Of a stretch of 64,000 nucleotides of DNA, positions 11,766 through 26,335 are shown one piece after another. Numbering within the stretch: position 1 is the first letter of the stretch; the number at the start of each line of letters is the position of its first letter. The notes beneath the pieces are model-generated. The model made no database searches. It had not been told where the DNA came from and saw nothing but the letters and a program-made list of their open reading frames with translations. A program made the translations under genes and the position numbers. Source of the stretch: Eledone cirrhosa. Taxonomy: Eukaryota. The stretch lies in assembly GCA_964016885.1 (NCBI GenBank), contig OZ024742.1, positions 150,164,001 to 150,228,000 on the forward strand. Direction: 5' to 3'.

Positions 11766-12322
11766 TAAATTCTTATGAATTGCTTTCGCGCCACAATATT
11801 GTGTGAATTAACATTTCCGAAGCAACTGAAGAATTCCAGCATCTTTTTGAAGCAATGTATCCAAAATATGATGAATTCTTGTTACAGTATTCCATGTATC
11901 TTATCCAAGGTCAGATACTGCTGTTATTTCGCCCCCCCCCCCCCCCCACACACACACAAAAAAAAAGATTGGATCATGGGTACCTTTTACCACACAAGTG
12001 CTGTATGTTATGGTCAACAGTCAACAGTGATGGTTATTAATATCGGTGTCCCACCAGCATTACCGCATTCTACTTACTGAAATCAGTAAAGTAAAAGAGA
12101 ATAAAGGAATAATTCTGTATATATATATATATATATTTATACAGAACTATCCACGGTTAGTTGTGGGGTCTAGTCTGCATGAAGAACTCAATGTAATCCA
12201 TATGTTGAAAATGTTGTAGGTTAAAGTAAATCCCGGAAAACAATGAAACATCAAAAGGAAAACAGAGTCATGATATAAGTTAAAACAATGAAATAAAAAT
12301 TCAAGTCATTAGAAATATACTT

Positions 12323-12464
12323 CACTGCTTTACGATCGTTTCTCGGTGATAATAAGACATCGTACGCATATTTCGTTATCGATCTATGTAGGGTTATTTA
12401 CAAAATATCAAATAAGGAATATATTTACCTCCATGTATATCATCAGCCGTTGTCAAAAGCAATG
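12323..12464 (-). ncRNA. Hammerhead-like ribozyme, U3-A8 core, long helix II (inverted pLTR copy)
   Basis: cattgctt-TTGACAA-cgg(c)tgatgata...tattatca-ccg-a-GAAA-cgatcg-TA-aagcagtg. Confidence 0.6.
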
Positions 12465-15400
12465 AGAATTTTATTCAAAATCAATAGTAGATTGAGTTCT
12501 ATGACCTTACTTGGAAGTAGCTTAAGAATAAACCAATCAAATGGGTTTTTTGCCATATGATATTAAGATGAAATATAACTCATTTTAGTTGAGGTCATGA
12601 CCCTTTGAAAGGAATCGTTGAATGGTGTTAAAAATAGAATTACTATAAAGAACCTATGAAGAAAAAGGAATTGTTATATTGATAGTGGAATGTAGAAGGT
12701 GGAGTGAAGTTTAAAAAGGAATGTAAAAATTAAATGTTGAGTTGTGTTGTATGGAATTTTTAGGTGAATATAAATAAGTAAATATAAAATATACAGAAAT
12801 AACTAGGATACATATAAATAGGTAAATTAATGGTCATAACTAGGAAGGATAGTATATTAAAAGAAGAAAATTATAATAAGATAATAAAATATAATATAAT
12901 GTAATATAATATAGTACAGTATGGTACATTGTTTATAGTATAATATAGCGTATGATGCATCGTAAAATATAAAATAGTAAATATTTTCAAGTGGGTTTAT
13001 GTATAAGTAATCAAACTCAGATAAATGCATGTTGACATATAGTCAAAACGCATAATTTTCTTAAATCACAAAGGTACATATATTCACATATATAGATAGA
13101 GGTATAATTACATTGATACTCCATTAAAAACATACATACGCATATATAGATATAAACATATACAAATACATATATATAAGCACACAAACTTATATATACA
13201 TATATATATATAAATATATATATACACTTATATATACATATATACATGTACAAATACATACATGTACATACACATATACACACACATAGACATATACACA
13301 CATATATATATATACATATATATATCTACATATATATATATATATATATATTCTCTTATCATACATACATAGATACATGTATACCCATGCAATTACAGGT
13401 GGTTATGTACCTTGATGCCCTTAGTCAGTAGCGCATGGATCTATGGAAGCTAAATAATTAAAAGGTTAAAAAATTAAAAAATATACAGGAAGGCGTATAA
13501 TTAGGGGAAGAGGATACCAACAAATGGTACGTCACATAGAACTATAGTGAGTTGCTATTTAGAATGTTTAATTAGGTTTATAGTACTTAAATGTTTTTCG
13601 TATACGGTGACTACAAGCTATAATCAGTTTCTGCCTTTTATTCAATAAATCGTCCTTAGATTTAGTAATTTAGTAATTTAGACAAATTTAGTAATTTAGA
13701 CAAATCCCCAAAAAATTCTTCAAAATTCTACATAAACATTTTCCACCAAACCACAGATACCACCAAATATTTAACAGGTATACTGTTAAATTCTCATACT
13801 CTACATCAAACAATCTCCATAAAAAAATATGCAACTACAACATTTATAAATTTAAAAATAATATGACTACACCACCGCAACATAATTTAAATAAGACTAT
13901 ACCTTTTAAAAGGACAAATAATACAATCCTTCAACCTGGAAAACATAACCACCCAAATTACCAACACAAAAACAACATAACACAAAATCACAATACAACT
14001 CCAGCACTAAATCACCCACAAAGCAACCTTCATTCTCTCTCTAACATTAATTACAATAAGAATAGCTCAAGGATTAATGAGAATTATGTAGGTACCCCCA
14101 ACAACCATCTTACGTATGGTTGTAATTGCAGAAATAGAAGCGTTTTCCCCTTAAATGGCAACTGTTTGATTAATAATGTAATATATAAATGCACTGTGTC
14201 TACTACTGACTCCAACAAATCATATATAGGATCTACATCGAACACATTTAAGAAAAGATATTACGCACACTCTAGTAGTTTTAACAATACTAAACTAGTT
14301 AACACCACATCTTTAGCTGAAGCAGTAAATAACTATAAAAGGAAAAAAATAGATTTCAAGCTGTCGTAGAATACCATTCTGCAAAGAACTCCATATCTTG
14401 GGAACAGGAGAGAATGCAAATTATGTTCCGGGGAGATCTTGGAAATTACTAAATCTAAAGACGATTTATTGAATAAAAGACAGGAACTGATTATAGCTTC
14501 TAATCACCGTATACGAAAAACATTTAAGTACTATAAACCTAATTAAACATTCTAAATAGCAACTCACTATAGTTCTATGTGACGTACCATTTGTTAGTAT
14601 CCCCTTCCCCTAATTATACGCCTTCCTGTTTATTTTTTTATTTTTTAACCTTTTAATTTTTTAGCTTCCATAGATCCATGCGTTACTGACTAAGGGTATC
14701 AAGATACATAACCACCTGTAATTGCATGGGTATACATGTATCTATGTATGTATGATAAGAGAATATATATATATATGTATATATATATATGTGTGTATAT
14801 GTGTATGTGTGTGTATATGTGTATGTACATGTATGTGTGTGTACATGTATATATATATAAGTGTGTATATATATTTATATATATATATAAGCTTGTGAGC
14901 TTATATGTATGTATTTGTATATGTTTATATCTATATATGCGTATGTATGTTTTTAATGGAGTATCAATATATCTATATATGTGAAATATGTACTTTTGTG
15001 ATCTAAGAAATTTATGCGTTTTGACTATATGTCAACATGCATTTATCTGAGTTTGATTACTTATACATAAACCCACTTGAAAATATTTACTATTTTATAT
15101 TTTATGATGCATCATACGCTATATTATACTATATACAATGTACTATATTATATTACATTATATTATATTATTATATTATTATATTATTATATTATTATAT
15201 TTTATTATCTTATTATAATTTTCTTCTTTTAATATACTATCCTTCCTAGTTATGACCATTAATTTACCTATCTATATTTATCCTAGTTATTTCTGTATAT
15301 TTTATATTTACTTATTTATATTCACCTAAAAATTCCATACAACACAACTCAACATTTAATTTTTACATTCCTTTTTAAACTTCACTCCACCTTCTACATT

Positions 15401-15625
15401 CCACTATCAATATAACAATTCTTTTTTCTTCATAGGTTCTTTATAGTAATTCTATTTTTAACACCATTCAACGATTCCTTTCAAAGGGTCATGACCTCAA
15501 CTAAAGTGAGTTATATTTCATCTTAACATCATATGGCAAAAAAAAACATTTGATTGGTTTATTCTTAAGCTACCTCCAAGTAAGGTCATAGAACTCAATC
15601 TACTATTGATTTTGAATAAAATTGT

Positions 15626-15767
15626 CATTGCTTTTGACAACGGCTGATGATATACATGGAGGTAAATATATTCCTTATTTGATATTTTGTAACTAACCCT
15701 ACATAGATCGATAACGAAATATGCGTACGATGTCTTATTATCACCTAGAAACGATCGTAAAGCAGTG
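15626..15767 (+). ncRNA. Hammerhead-like ribozyme, U3-A8 core, long helix II (3' pLTR copy)
   Basis: Helix I cattgctt/aagcagtg; core TTGACAA at 15634-15640; GAAA at 15748-15751; palindromic helix III ACGATCGT; GUA triplet. Confidence 0.6.
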
Positions 15768-15810
15768 AAGTATATTTCTAATGACTTGAATTTTTATTTC
15801 ATTGTTTTAA

Positions 15811-17075
<1,265 letters not shown>

Positions 17076-17087
17076 ATATATATATAA

Positions 17088-17992
17088 CCTACTGGTTGTT
17101 ATCCAATGGGCAGAAAAGAACATTATGCTGTTGAATGAGGATAAGTTTGAATTAATCCACTTTGGAAAAAAGGATGCCCTAAAACTACCATACTCTCTTC
17201 CTTCGGGTGAAACTCTGGTGGCTTCCAATAACATCAGAGACCTGGGAGTAATTGTGGACAACAACATAAGCTGGGCCACTCATATAAACAGCAAAGTTGA
17301 TATGGCCCGCAGAATGTGTTCCTGGATTCTCAGAACTTTCCAGTCGAGAGATATCCACACTGTTATCCTTCTCTTCTCCACTTTTTCCCGACCCCACCTT
17401 GAATACTGTTGTCCACTGTGGTCACCCCACACGAAACAAAGTATCATGAAAGTTGAAGAACCTCAAAGGTCAATTACAAGAAAGATAGATGTCATGTCAG
17501 GCCTAGACTATTGGAGTCGATTAGAAAAGCTCAGCCTTTATTCTCTCCAACGTCGCCATGAGCATTATCTGCATGATGTGAAAAATATTCCATCAGCTTT
17601 GCTCAAATGATGTTGGCATCACCTTTAATGTACACCCAAGGCTTAATGTACACCCAAGGCTTGGCCCACGACAAAAATCTCACTCGCATCTCATAACAAC
17701 AATACGGCACAATTATTTCACCTCAATTGGCCCTGCTCTCTTTAACATTACACCAAAGCACATCAAAGCAGAAACAGACCCCACCAAGTTCAAGAAGTCT
17801 TTGGATAAATTCCTTCAAGAAATCCCGGATAAGCCTCCTACACCCGGATATGCCTCCGTAAACAATAACTCTCTGCTCGAGTGGGCCATGGTGCCCCAAA
17901 ACTGATTTGTAAGGCTTCGCCAGGTGGTGCTATTAAGTTTGACACGGCCTGGGCCAATACTGGCCGAAACCTATCAAAGTTATCAAAGTTAT
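17088..17992 (+). mobile_element. CR1-like LINE 3' fragment
   Basis: LNEDKFELIHFG...RDLGVIVD...RPHLEYCCPLWSPH...LEKLSLYSLQRR; tail tatcaaagttatcaaagttat. Confidence 0.85.
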
Positions 17993-18212
17993 ATACACAC
18001 ACACACATATATATATATATATATGTATTTAACAATACAACCCACATAATACTATTGATTGCCTGCTTTAACTGCCTGATCCTACAAGTAACAATCTGCC
18101 GCACTCTAATCCTGTATAAATAAGACACGCGTGCATGCTACACGTGAGATTGTTTCATACACTGACTACTCTAAACTTTCCTCTTGCTTTATCTTCATAA
18201 ACTGCCAATGTT

Positions 18213-18270
18213 TTATTTTTATTTTTATTTTTATTTTTATTTTTATTTTTATTTTTATTTTTATTTTTAT
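18213..18270. repeat. (TTTTTA)n hexanucleotide repeat
   Basis: Direct reading. Confidence 0.9.
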
Positions 18271-18408
18271 CCTTTAACCTTTATATGTAAATTGCCATGC
18301 TATATCATTATGATGGATGTCATCCCACTGTGGGTCAATATATACATATGTTTTTATATGTCTCTTGTGTTGAAAAGGAGGTCAAATATGTTATAGATTA
18401 CTAAATAG

Positions 18409-18457
18409 TTGCTCCGAAGAATCCAAACCTCGGTTTGGAGGAAACAATTGTAAGCAA
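18409..18457 (+). ncRNA. Minimal hammerhead ribozyme motif, U4C core variant
   Basis: ttgct-CCGAAGA-a-tccaaac-ctcg-gtttgga-g-GAAA-caattg-TA-agcaa. Confidence 0.65.
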
Positions 18458-18706
18458 ATAAATGATTTAAACTGAACTTTGATTATTGTAATCTATATAT
18501 ATATATATATTTATATTGATTCTTCTTCTACACACATATATAACACAATATATATATATATATATATAACACAATATATATATATATATATATATAGTAA
18601 TAATAATAAATTTCAAGACTAAAATCCAAAGAGCGCTCGATAAGGATAAATATATATCAAATATATAAGAACCGTAGAGCAAATATTTATTAAAATAACA
18701 GATTAA

Positions 18707-18757
18707 AGTTTAAGCAAAGAATCGCTGCTTTCACCCTTAACGGGATCTTCTGAAACT
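18707..18757 (-). ncRNA. Hammerhead ribozyme motif, U4A core variant
   Basis: agttt-CAGAAGA-t-ccc-gttaa-ggg-t-GAAA-gca-gcgattctt-tgc-TT-aaact. Confidence 0.6.
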
Positions 18758-18844
18758 AACAAAGTCAATCTGTAAACGCAGAAGTGGATATTTCAAAAAA
18801 CGTTGCAACCGGAGGAAGACAGGAAGACGATACTTTAGTTCGTG

Positions 18845-19078
18845 GAAACGTTCGCTGGCAAAGAACGGGAAAAAACGAACAAGATACGTCATAATAGGAG
18901 CGGTGAAAAACAATTACGCGCAAAGACTGAACCACGTTTATGTTATAAAAGAGGTCGTAGACTAATGTTCTCTTAGGTGGTTCATAGAGACGTTCTCTGG
19001 CAATGAACGGAAAAAACGAAGATAATACGTCATATGTGGAGCGTGGAGAACAATAGCACGCAAAGACAAAAACCACAT
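18845..19078. repeat. Diverged direct duplication (~90 bp unit, ~142 bp spacing)
   Basis: acgttcgctggcaaagaacgg...gcaaagactgaaccac versus acgttctctggcaatgaacgg...gcaaagacaaaaaccac. Confidence 0.7.
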
Positions 19079-19637
19079 AAATGGTATAGCAGAAGTCGGA
19101 GACTAAAATTCTAACTAGGAGACCGAATGAATCTCCGCTACAGAGTTAAGAACAAAGTAAATAAATACAATACAGAAGTAATAGAAATAAATAAATACAT
19201 ACACGCAAACAAAACACTTACCATAGGTATACAAAACCACGCACATATAAATATGTGTGTGTGTGTGTATGCGTGTATACAAATAAATAAATAATTATAT
19301 AAACGTATATAAATAAATAAATACGTATATAACAAGCGCACACACATACCTACATGTAAATACCCGAATGTTCGGAGACGTAAGTCAACCAAAACATGAA
19401 GTACACATATACACGCCCTACATACGTACGAACCTGCATACTCACACAGACGCAAAACTCCCGTATACACATAGCCAAACCATATGTACCAGAATAAAAA
19501 ATAAAAAAAATTATACAGGACTAGAACTGTGTCATTCAGGAGAAATTACCAGGAAGCCGTTTCTATATTACATATTTATATTCTGCTATGTATTAAGTAC
19601 CTTACTTACTGTGGTCACCCCCTATTGAACCCGGGAT

Positions 19638-19770
<133 letters not shown>

Positions 19771-19928
19771 GGAGGTGAGTTTTATTGTAGTACAATAAAG
19801 CAATGCAGATATCGGATAAGAAGCACTCTACAGTTTGTAGGACTGGAGTATACATAATATAATATATATATGTTGATTTAAAACTGCACTATCCACAAGT
19901 GTTTTTTAGCCTTCATATCATGTCCTCC

Positions 19929-19999
19929 TGTTTTATCTGATGAAAACACAAATATTATTGCATGATGATGTTTGTTTTTGAAATGCGCATACTAAAATA
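19929..19999 (+). ncRNA. Minimal type-I hammerhead ribozyme
   Basis: tgttttat-CTGATGA-[hairpin caaatattat/atgatgtttg]-GAAA-tgcgca-TA-ctaaaata; palindromic helix III; first helix I pair mismatched; element lies between (TA)n tracts. Confidence 0.7.
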
Positions 20000-20029
20000 C
20001 ATGGAACTCCTTAAACCATCTTTTGATCT

Positions 20030-20060
<31 letters not shown>

Positions 20061-20093
20061 AGTATATATATATATATAAGTGTATATATATAA

Positions 20094-20165
<72 letters not shown>

Positions 20166-20312
20166 TTATATATATACACTTATATATATACACTTATATA
20201 TATATAGAGAGAGAGAGAGAGGGGGAGAGAGAGAGAGAGAGAGAGAGGGGGGGAGAGAGAGAGAGAGAGAAAATAAATCAAAGAACGCCTACATACTCAT
20301 ACAATTTTTATT

Positions 20313-20359
20313 CGCTAACAATGTTTCATCCATACCGTGGGGCAGGAATCATCAGAGCG
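20313..20359 (-). ncRNA. Minimal type-I hammerhead ribozyme
   Basis: cgct-CTGATGA-t-tcc...gga-t-GAAA-cattg-TT-agcg. Confidence 0.75.
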
Positions 20360-21694
20360 TTATAAACAAAAATGAAGTGCTGAATATAAGCTCTACCAAG
20401 CTTAGTCACCAGAACAGTAGAGATACAGTACAGGATAATATGCAGCAGTAATTCCCCGTTGACCCCTTGCGCGCAAGACGTGGATCAACAAGCAACACAA
20501 AACACAGAGAATAACATAAAAGTGCTCAGATCAAATCCCTAATTCCACTAGGCACAACAGCATGTCTGTTAATTGAGTTCGTACTAATACGGGTATCCTA
20601 AATGAACAGACATGCTGTTGTGCCTGGTGGAATTAGGGATTTGATCTGATCACTTTTATGTTATTCTCTGTGTTTTGTGTTGCTTGTTGATCCACGTGCT
20701 GCGCGCGAGGGGTCAAGCAATATGATCAAGCAATATTTGGACGCGGTTACGCTTGGAATACGAAATGGGATACATATAATCATATGAGGATTTGGAGTTG
20801 TAACTTGGACATGTAACACATCTCAGTCTGAAATTTCGAGCGTATGAGGATTTGGATGAGTAAAATCAGCTTGTAACACATATTACCATATGTGCTGGTA
20901 TGTATTGGTGAACATATGAATACGGTTGGATTACCATCTACGGTCGATCTACATATGTTATGACTTCTCGCCGATTGGAACATACGAAAGCGGTTGGATT
21001 ACCATCTACGGTTGATCCACATGTGTTATGACTTCTCGGCAAATATGCCTTAAACAGTGACTAAACCATATTTGTTGTGTATTGATTGCTTCAGCTTGTT
21101 TATGCATTAACCCCGCGTTGTCTGTGTTTGGCTTATATCGGTGTGGTGCCTGTCCATATGCAAGTTTAATAACTCTTGTCCACGTAATTCCGTAACCCAC
21201 TGCTATACCCTGATTGCGCATACTTTGGGGTGGGGGGAAATCCCCTTTGGACCTTCTAAAGGTACCTTATGGGCCTCATAGTATTTCTATGACTCTAAGT
21301 CATGGGAAACTAAATCACCTGTCTTCTATAGTAACCAATTAATACCTTCTTTTGTTGCTTTTGTGTGCCTTCACATGCCTCAATATCCCCCCCCCCCTTT
21401 TTTTTAAAATTATTTTTTAATTATTTTTTAATTATTTTTTAATTATTGTTTAATTATCTTTAATTGCTTTTGATTGCTTTTGTGTGCCTTCACATGCCTC
21501 ACTCTCTTGTGAGAAAATCTGCCTGCATTCTTGTATTCTCATGTTTTGCTATAATGTTGACTAACAAACCAATTACGCATTCTCTCCATCCTTCTCATCT
21601 CCAGTCTCCCTCTTATTATCCTGTACTGTATTTCTACTGTTCTGGTGACTAAGCTTGGTAGAGCTTATATTCAGCACTATATTTTTGTTTATAG

Positions 21695-21741
21695 CGCTCT
21701 GATGATTCCTGCACAACGGTATGGATGAAACATTGTTAGCG
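21695..21741 (+). ncRNA. Minimal type-I hammerhead ribozyme
   Basis: cgct-CTGATGA-t-tcc-tgcacaacggtat-gga-t-GAAA-cattg-TT-agcg. Confidence 0.75.
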
Positions 21742-22067
21742 AATAAAAATTGTATGAGTATGTAGGCGTTCTTTGATTTATTTTATCTATAACGGCTCTG
21801 TTTTTGTACATTGAGTTAATACGATACTGTCACAAATACGACACTGTGCAGGTGTGTTTATGCACATATGCACATATGCTCCGTTGTCTACGTAAATATA
21901 TATACGTCCATGTACGTCAATACTCATCTTTTTCCATTTCTCCGAGGGTTCTTAACCCCACTATCAGGCTAAATAATTTCTTTAATTTCTTTAGTCAAAA
22001 TACGGCGATAGCTAACATTTCTAATAATTTCAAATCAGCTCGCTGTTTCGAAAATATTCTTACATAT

Positions 22068-22148
<81 letters not shown>

Positions 22149-22153
<5 letters not shown>

Positions 22154-22400
22154 GGTGTCCCCCAAAATGTATACACACTTCAACAGCATTGTACTCTCAG
22201 TCGCTTCACCCACAGGCCTGATGAGGCTCAAAGCGGACGTTTTTTGGTCTATGGAATACTCATCTAATTTACACGGCAATTCAATGAGTAAGTGGTTCAG
22301 TTGATCCAACGGCTGAATGGTCATACTGTGTTTTTAACGGCAGAGCTCATCAATTGTGTGTGCAGTAATCTTTTGTTTTAATCACACAGACACTTTTAGT
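22149..22400. mobile_element. Tc1/mariner-type terminal remnant
   Basis: TA-CAGGGTGTCCCCCAAAATGTATACACACTT resembles a Tc1/mariner TIR, abutting (TA)n. Confidence 0.4.
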
Positions 22401-22424
22401 AATTTTTTAAATTACATCAAATTA

Positions 22425-24010
22425 TTAAGCGTCGGACAACATGCTTCGTGACATAGAGTTACACCCCTTCAGCTTCTGTGTTCAAATCCCGCCGAGATTA
22501 TCTTTGCCTTTCATCCTTACGGGTCGATAAAATAAAGCACCAGCGATACACTGGGGTCGATTTAATCGACTTTCCCCTCCCCAAAAATTGTTGGCCTTAT
22601 GCCTATATACGAAACCATTATTTAGATGAGGGCAGACGCCATGCTTTGCAGCATAGAGTTACATCCCTTTACGGTCTGAGTTCAAATCCCGCCGAGATTA
22701 ACTTTGCCTTTCATCCTTACGGGGTCGATAGAATAAAGTACCAGTAACGCACTGGAATAATTGCTGGCCTTGTGCCAAAAGTAGAAACAATTATTATTTA
22801 CATGATTACTGCACCAGCTAAATTCCTGAAGGTAAACAATTCTCGATGTTCCATGCATTACGCAATGTTTTCGTTTTTCTTTGCTCCACGTAGCTTCTAT
22901 TGTGTTTGTGTTGATGCATCATTTGGATCAACAAAATTCAAACTATGACCAACCACTAAATCAGGTCTGCATTGTACATATGGCTGACTAGGGCTGAACC
23001 TAAGGGACCCCCAAAAACCAAGGGGACTCGCAAGGATTAGGTCCCCGTCATTTTCTTCGCTTTTTTATTTTATTTTGCAGTAATGAGGTGAAAGATTATG
23101 TGTTCTAAGAGTTATTTCCCTTACACCTTAGCAGAACAAGAAAATGTCTCCAGAAGTGAATTGGCAGTGTCGGTAGAGGGACGGACGCCATGCTTTCCAG
23201 CATAGTTACGTCCCTTTTCGGTCTGAGTTCAAATCCCGTCGAGGTTAACTTTGCCTTTCATCCTTACGGGGTCGATAAAATAAAGTACCAGTAATGCACT
23301 GGGTAATTGCTGTCCTTGTGCCAAATAGTAGAAACAATTATTTATGGCATTAGTTATGGCCCTTTACGGCGAGAGTTCAAATCGCGCCGAGATTAACTTT
23401 GCCTTTCATCTTTACGGGGTCGATAAAATAAAGCACCAGTAACGTACTGGAGTCGGTTTAATCGACCCCCCCCCCTCCAAATTACTGGCCTTGTGCCTAT
23501 ACTAGAAATAATTATTTACGGCATTAGTTATGGCCCTTTACGCTCTGAGTTCAAATCCCGCCGAGGTTAGCTTTACCTTTCATTGCCTGTCAATAAAATA
23601 AAGTACCAGTAATGCCCTGGGGTCGACTTCATCGACTTTCCTCTCAGGCCAAAATTGTTTGCCTTGTGCCTAAAGTAGAAACAATTATTTGTTTTTAAAA
23701 GGTGGCTTCTTTTCTATTGCTGTCCTTCTGAGCGAAAGAAAGAGGAAAGGAATAGAATTGTAAAACAAGAGGAAAGAATAACAAGAGTAAAATGAGTAAG
23801 AGAAGGGAGATAAAAATTAACACGTGGGAGGTAGAAAACTTGGAGACGGGAAGAAAAAGGACAAAACAAAACAGAGAATAGATGGAGAGCAAGATAAAAG
23901 GGGAAACACATGCAGAATTCGACCTCAGCGGGATTTAAACTCAGAATGTAGAAAGATGTAATCAAATGCCGCAAAGAATTTTGTCCGATACTGTCAATCT
24001 ATCGCCCCGT
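22425..24010. mobile_element. Array of tRNA-derived SINE copies
   Basis: Five plus-strand units (22425-22800, 23160-23690) and one minus-strand fragment (~23915-24010) with the family motifs. Confidence 0.85.
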
Positions 24011-24220
24011 CCCCAGTAACTAATAAGAAACTAAGAAGAGACAAATTAAAGTGAACTGACCACTTCCATTATCAAATTACAAAGACATGGTAGGAGAAAT
24101 GAAGGACAACAGGTAGTGGCCAGGGCTGCCGAAACCTTTTCTAAGTAGTACCAAAAGCTTTGTTTAAAAAATACCAAAATATAGAAAAACGTACCAAATC
24201 CAATTACCCCTTTTCATACT

Positions 24221-24352
24221 CCATCCTTCATCCACGTCCTAACACGCCATCCTTCACCCACGTCCTAATGTTCCAGCCTTCACCTAGGTCCTAACACTCC
24301 ATCATTCACCAGCATCCCACCCTTCCTCTGCGTCCTAACACCCCACCCTTCA
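24221..24352. repeat. 26-bp minisatellite (~5 degenerate units)
   Basis: Unit ~ccatccttcacccacgtcctaacact. Confidence 0.75.
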
Positions 24353-25089
24353 CTAGCTAAGTGCCCCACCCTAGACCTGTAGCGAAACCTATCCACACAT
24401 TGACCCCCGGGTGACATTTAACGGTCATTTTCTATGTTAGCTCCTTGTGGCGCCAGTGGTCTGACGTAGCAGGTCACTTTGGGGTGAAGACAAGATAGGT
24501 TCTCAAAGCAGTCGAACGGGAACCTTCCTACGGTAAACACGGCACTCCGACTGGAGATGCATTTTTTTGTCTACCCATCAAACCACTTGCAAGATGTAGT
24601 CCTTTGCAAAAATATCTCTTGGGCCTGCCTGTGGGCAGGACCACAAGAAATAACAGCCAGCCACCTCTATAAGGCAAGTTACATTGTGTTGCTGCACACA
24701 AACATATCTCACGCACTTTCTCTGCATACACAGTTTCTCCTTGTTTGTTGTTCATACCTTTCGACTGTAACAAATGTTAATTCAATTGCCTCCGTCTTGA
24801 AATGATGATTAATAAATAATATATAAATGTGGCGAGAGATTTCGTTCTTCATCTATAACCCTGGCAGTGTGATAGGGGAAAACTACTTTCCCCACGATAT
24901 CAAACACATTCGCTTTCCGCAGATGTATACATTGATTAACTGTTACAACTAACTGCAACCAATACGAATCATCGTCATTCACGCTTTTACTACGATAAGA
25001 ACTCAACTCATAATCGCACACGCAAACCTCCCGTTACCGACCTACCTCAACAATCCCCACCCTACATACATGTATCTCCCTCATCCCAG

Positions 25090-25368
25090 CCCCAGTCCAC
25101 AATGTAAAGTTGTTGTGTTGGTGTCGCAACAATAGGCGTCCAGCCCACACTGTAAATTGGTCGTTTTGATACCACGGTAAAAAGCACCCAGTCCACGCAG
25201 TAAATGTGTTTGGCTTTATGAAGGGCATACTGTCGTAGAAACCAAGCAAGAAACAGTTCTGTATGAGCAAGACACGGTCGTCTGACGTTTCTCAAAACAG
25301 GACAACTCATCTAACTCATGCTAGCGTGGGAAAATGGACGTTAAACGGTGGTGATGATGATCATGATG
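25090..25368 (+). mobile_element. RTE 3'UTR-derived fragment/SINE
   Basis: Matches the 3'UTR of the RTE copies (cagcccacactgtaaa...catgctagcgtgg...gatgatga tail). Confidence 0.7.
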
Positions 25369-25519
25369 AAACCTCTCAAATGTTTTAAAAAAGAGAATAT
25401 TTTACATTTACTGTATATATTTTAATTTTTTTTAAATGTTTTTTTCCACACTTTTATTACTGTACCAGTTTCTTTCTAGTAGTTTGAGGCATAGTTGCAG
25501 TTGTGGATGTTCCATAGTA

Positions 25520-25775
25520 CAGTCAACATTTTGCAGTAGAGACTTTGATCTTAGTAGGTCATTTAATGTTGATGTTTTAAAGCATTGCAATTTTAGGTTT
25601 TTATCTTATTGAAAAAGGAAAAACTATTTCTGTGGCTGTTGAAGAATATAGCAATGGAAGAAGTTGCATCGTGAACTACGATAGTAATGGGTAACAATAT
25701 ATGTCAATATTTTTCTTGAGATATAAGAACCCAGTATTTCTCAGGCTTATTTTGTGCATTAAGAAATGTATCTTA
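25520..25775 (-). pseudogene. Degenerate hAT transposase C-terminal dimerisation-domain remnant
   Basis: Broken frames give PEKYW...YPLLS...LLYSSTATEIVF...LKTSTLNDLL, resembling the P-SSA--ER-FS...RN-L motif. Confidence 0.4.
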
Positions 25776-25787
25776 CAGAGTCAATTC

Positions 25788-26335
25788 CCTTCTTCTTCGC
25801 CCACTTATTCCTGGGATGGTATGGAAGCAGAATTCTCAAACACTCCTTCCGGCGGGTCCTGTCAGCAGCAACCGTCTCCAATTTATCCGGCTGGATCCCC
25901 AAGCGAGACCATCCAAGCTCATGGATGTTATCCAACCATCTTGCTCGGGGTCTACCCCTGGGTCTCCTATCGGTTGGTTTTGCCCGTAAAATCTGTCCAG
26001 CGATTTTTACCTGAGCCATTCTAACTACATGCCCATAGTATCAGAGCTGTGATCTCCCAATTTGGAGAAGTAGCGGTTCTACCTTGAGTGAATCTCTGAT
26101 CTCCGAGCTACACACTCTATCGAATAACGTTACTCCAAAGACCCCTCGGAGTAACCTCATTTCAGCCGCTTGTATTCGTGATCGTATTCTTTCGGTCATT
26201 ACCCAAGATTCATGACCATAGGTAAGGTTGGCACGAATACCGAATTGAAGATAGCGAGTTTGGCTTTTACGCATACCTCCTTTCTTCTGATTACTGAATG
26301 CTCAAGCTGGCGAATTACGGCACCAGCTCCTGCAT
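25788..26335 (-). mobile_element. RTE-clade LINE 3' fragment (third family)
   Basis: LTYGHESWVMTERIRSRIQAAEMRLLR...RRPRGRPRARW; (GAA)n tail; related to 60290-61430 and 62255-62450. Confidence 0.85.

Larger units (their letters stand above)
20271..21783. mobile_element. Non-coding element bounded by 170-bp inverted repeats, each carrying a hammerhead (probable Penelope-like/retrozyme derivative)
   Basis: 20271-20440 is the reverse complement of 21614-21783; internal hairpin at 20459-20716; ~48-bp direct repeat at 20923-20970/20991-21038. Confidence 0.65.
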
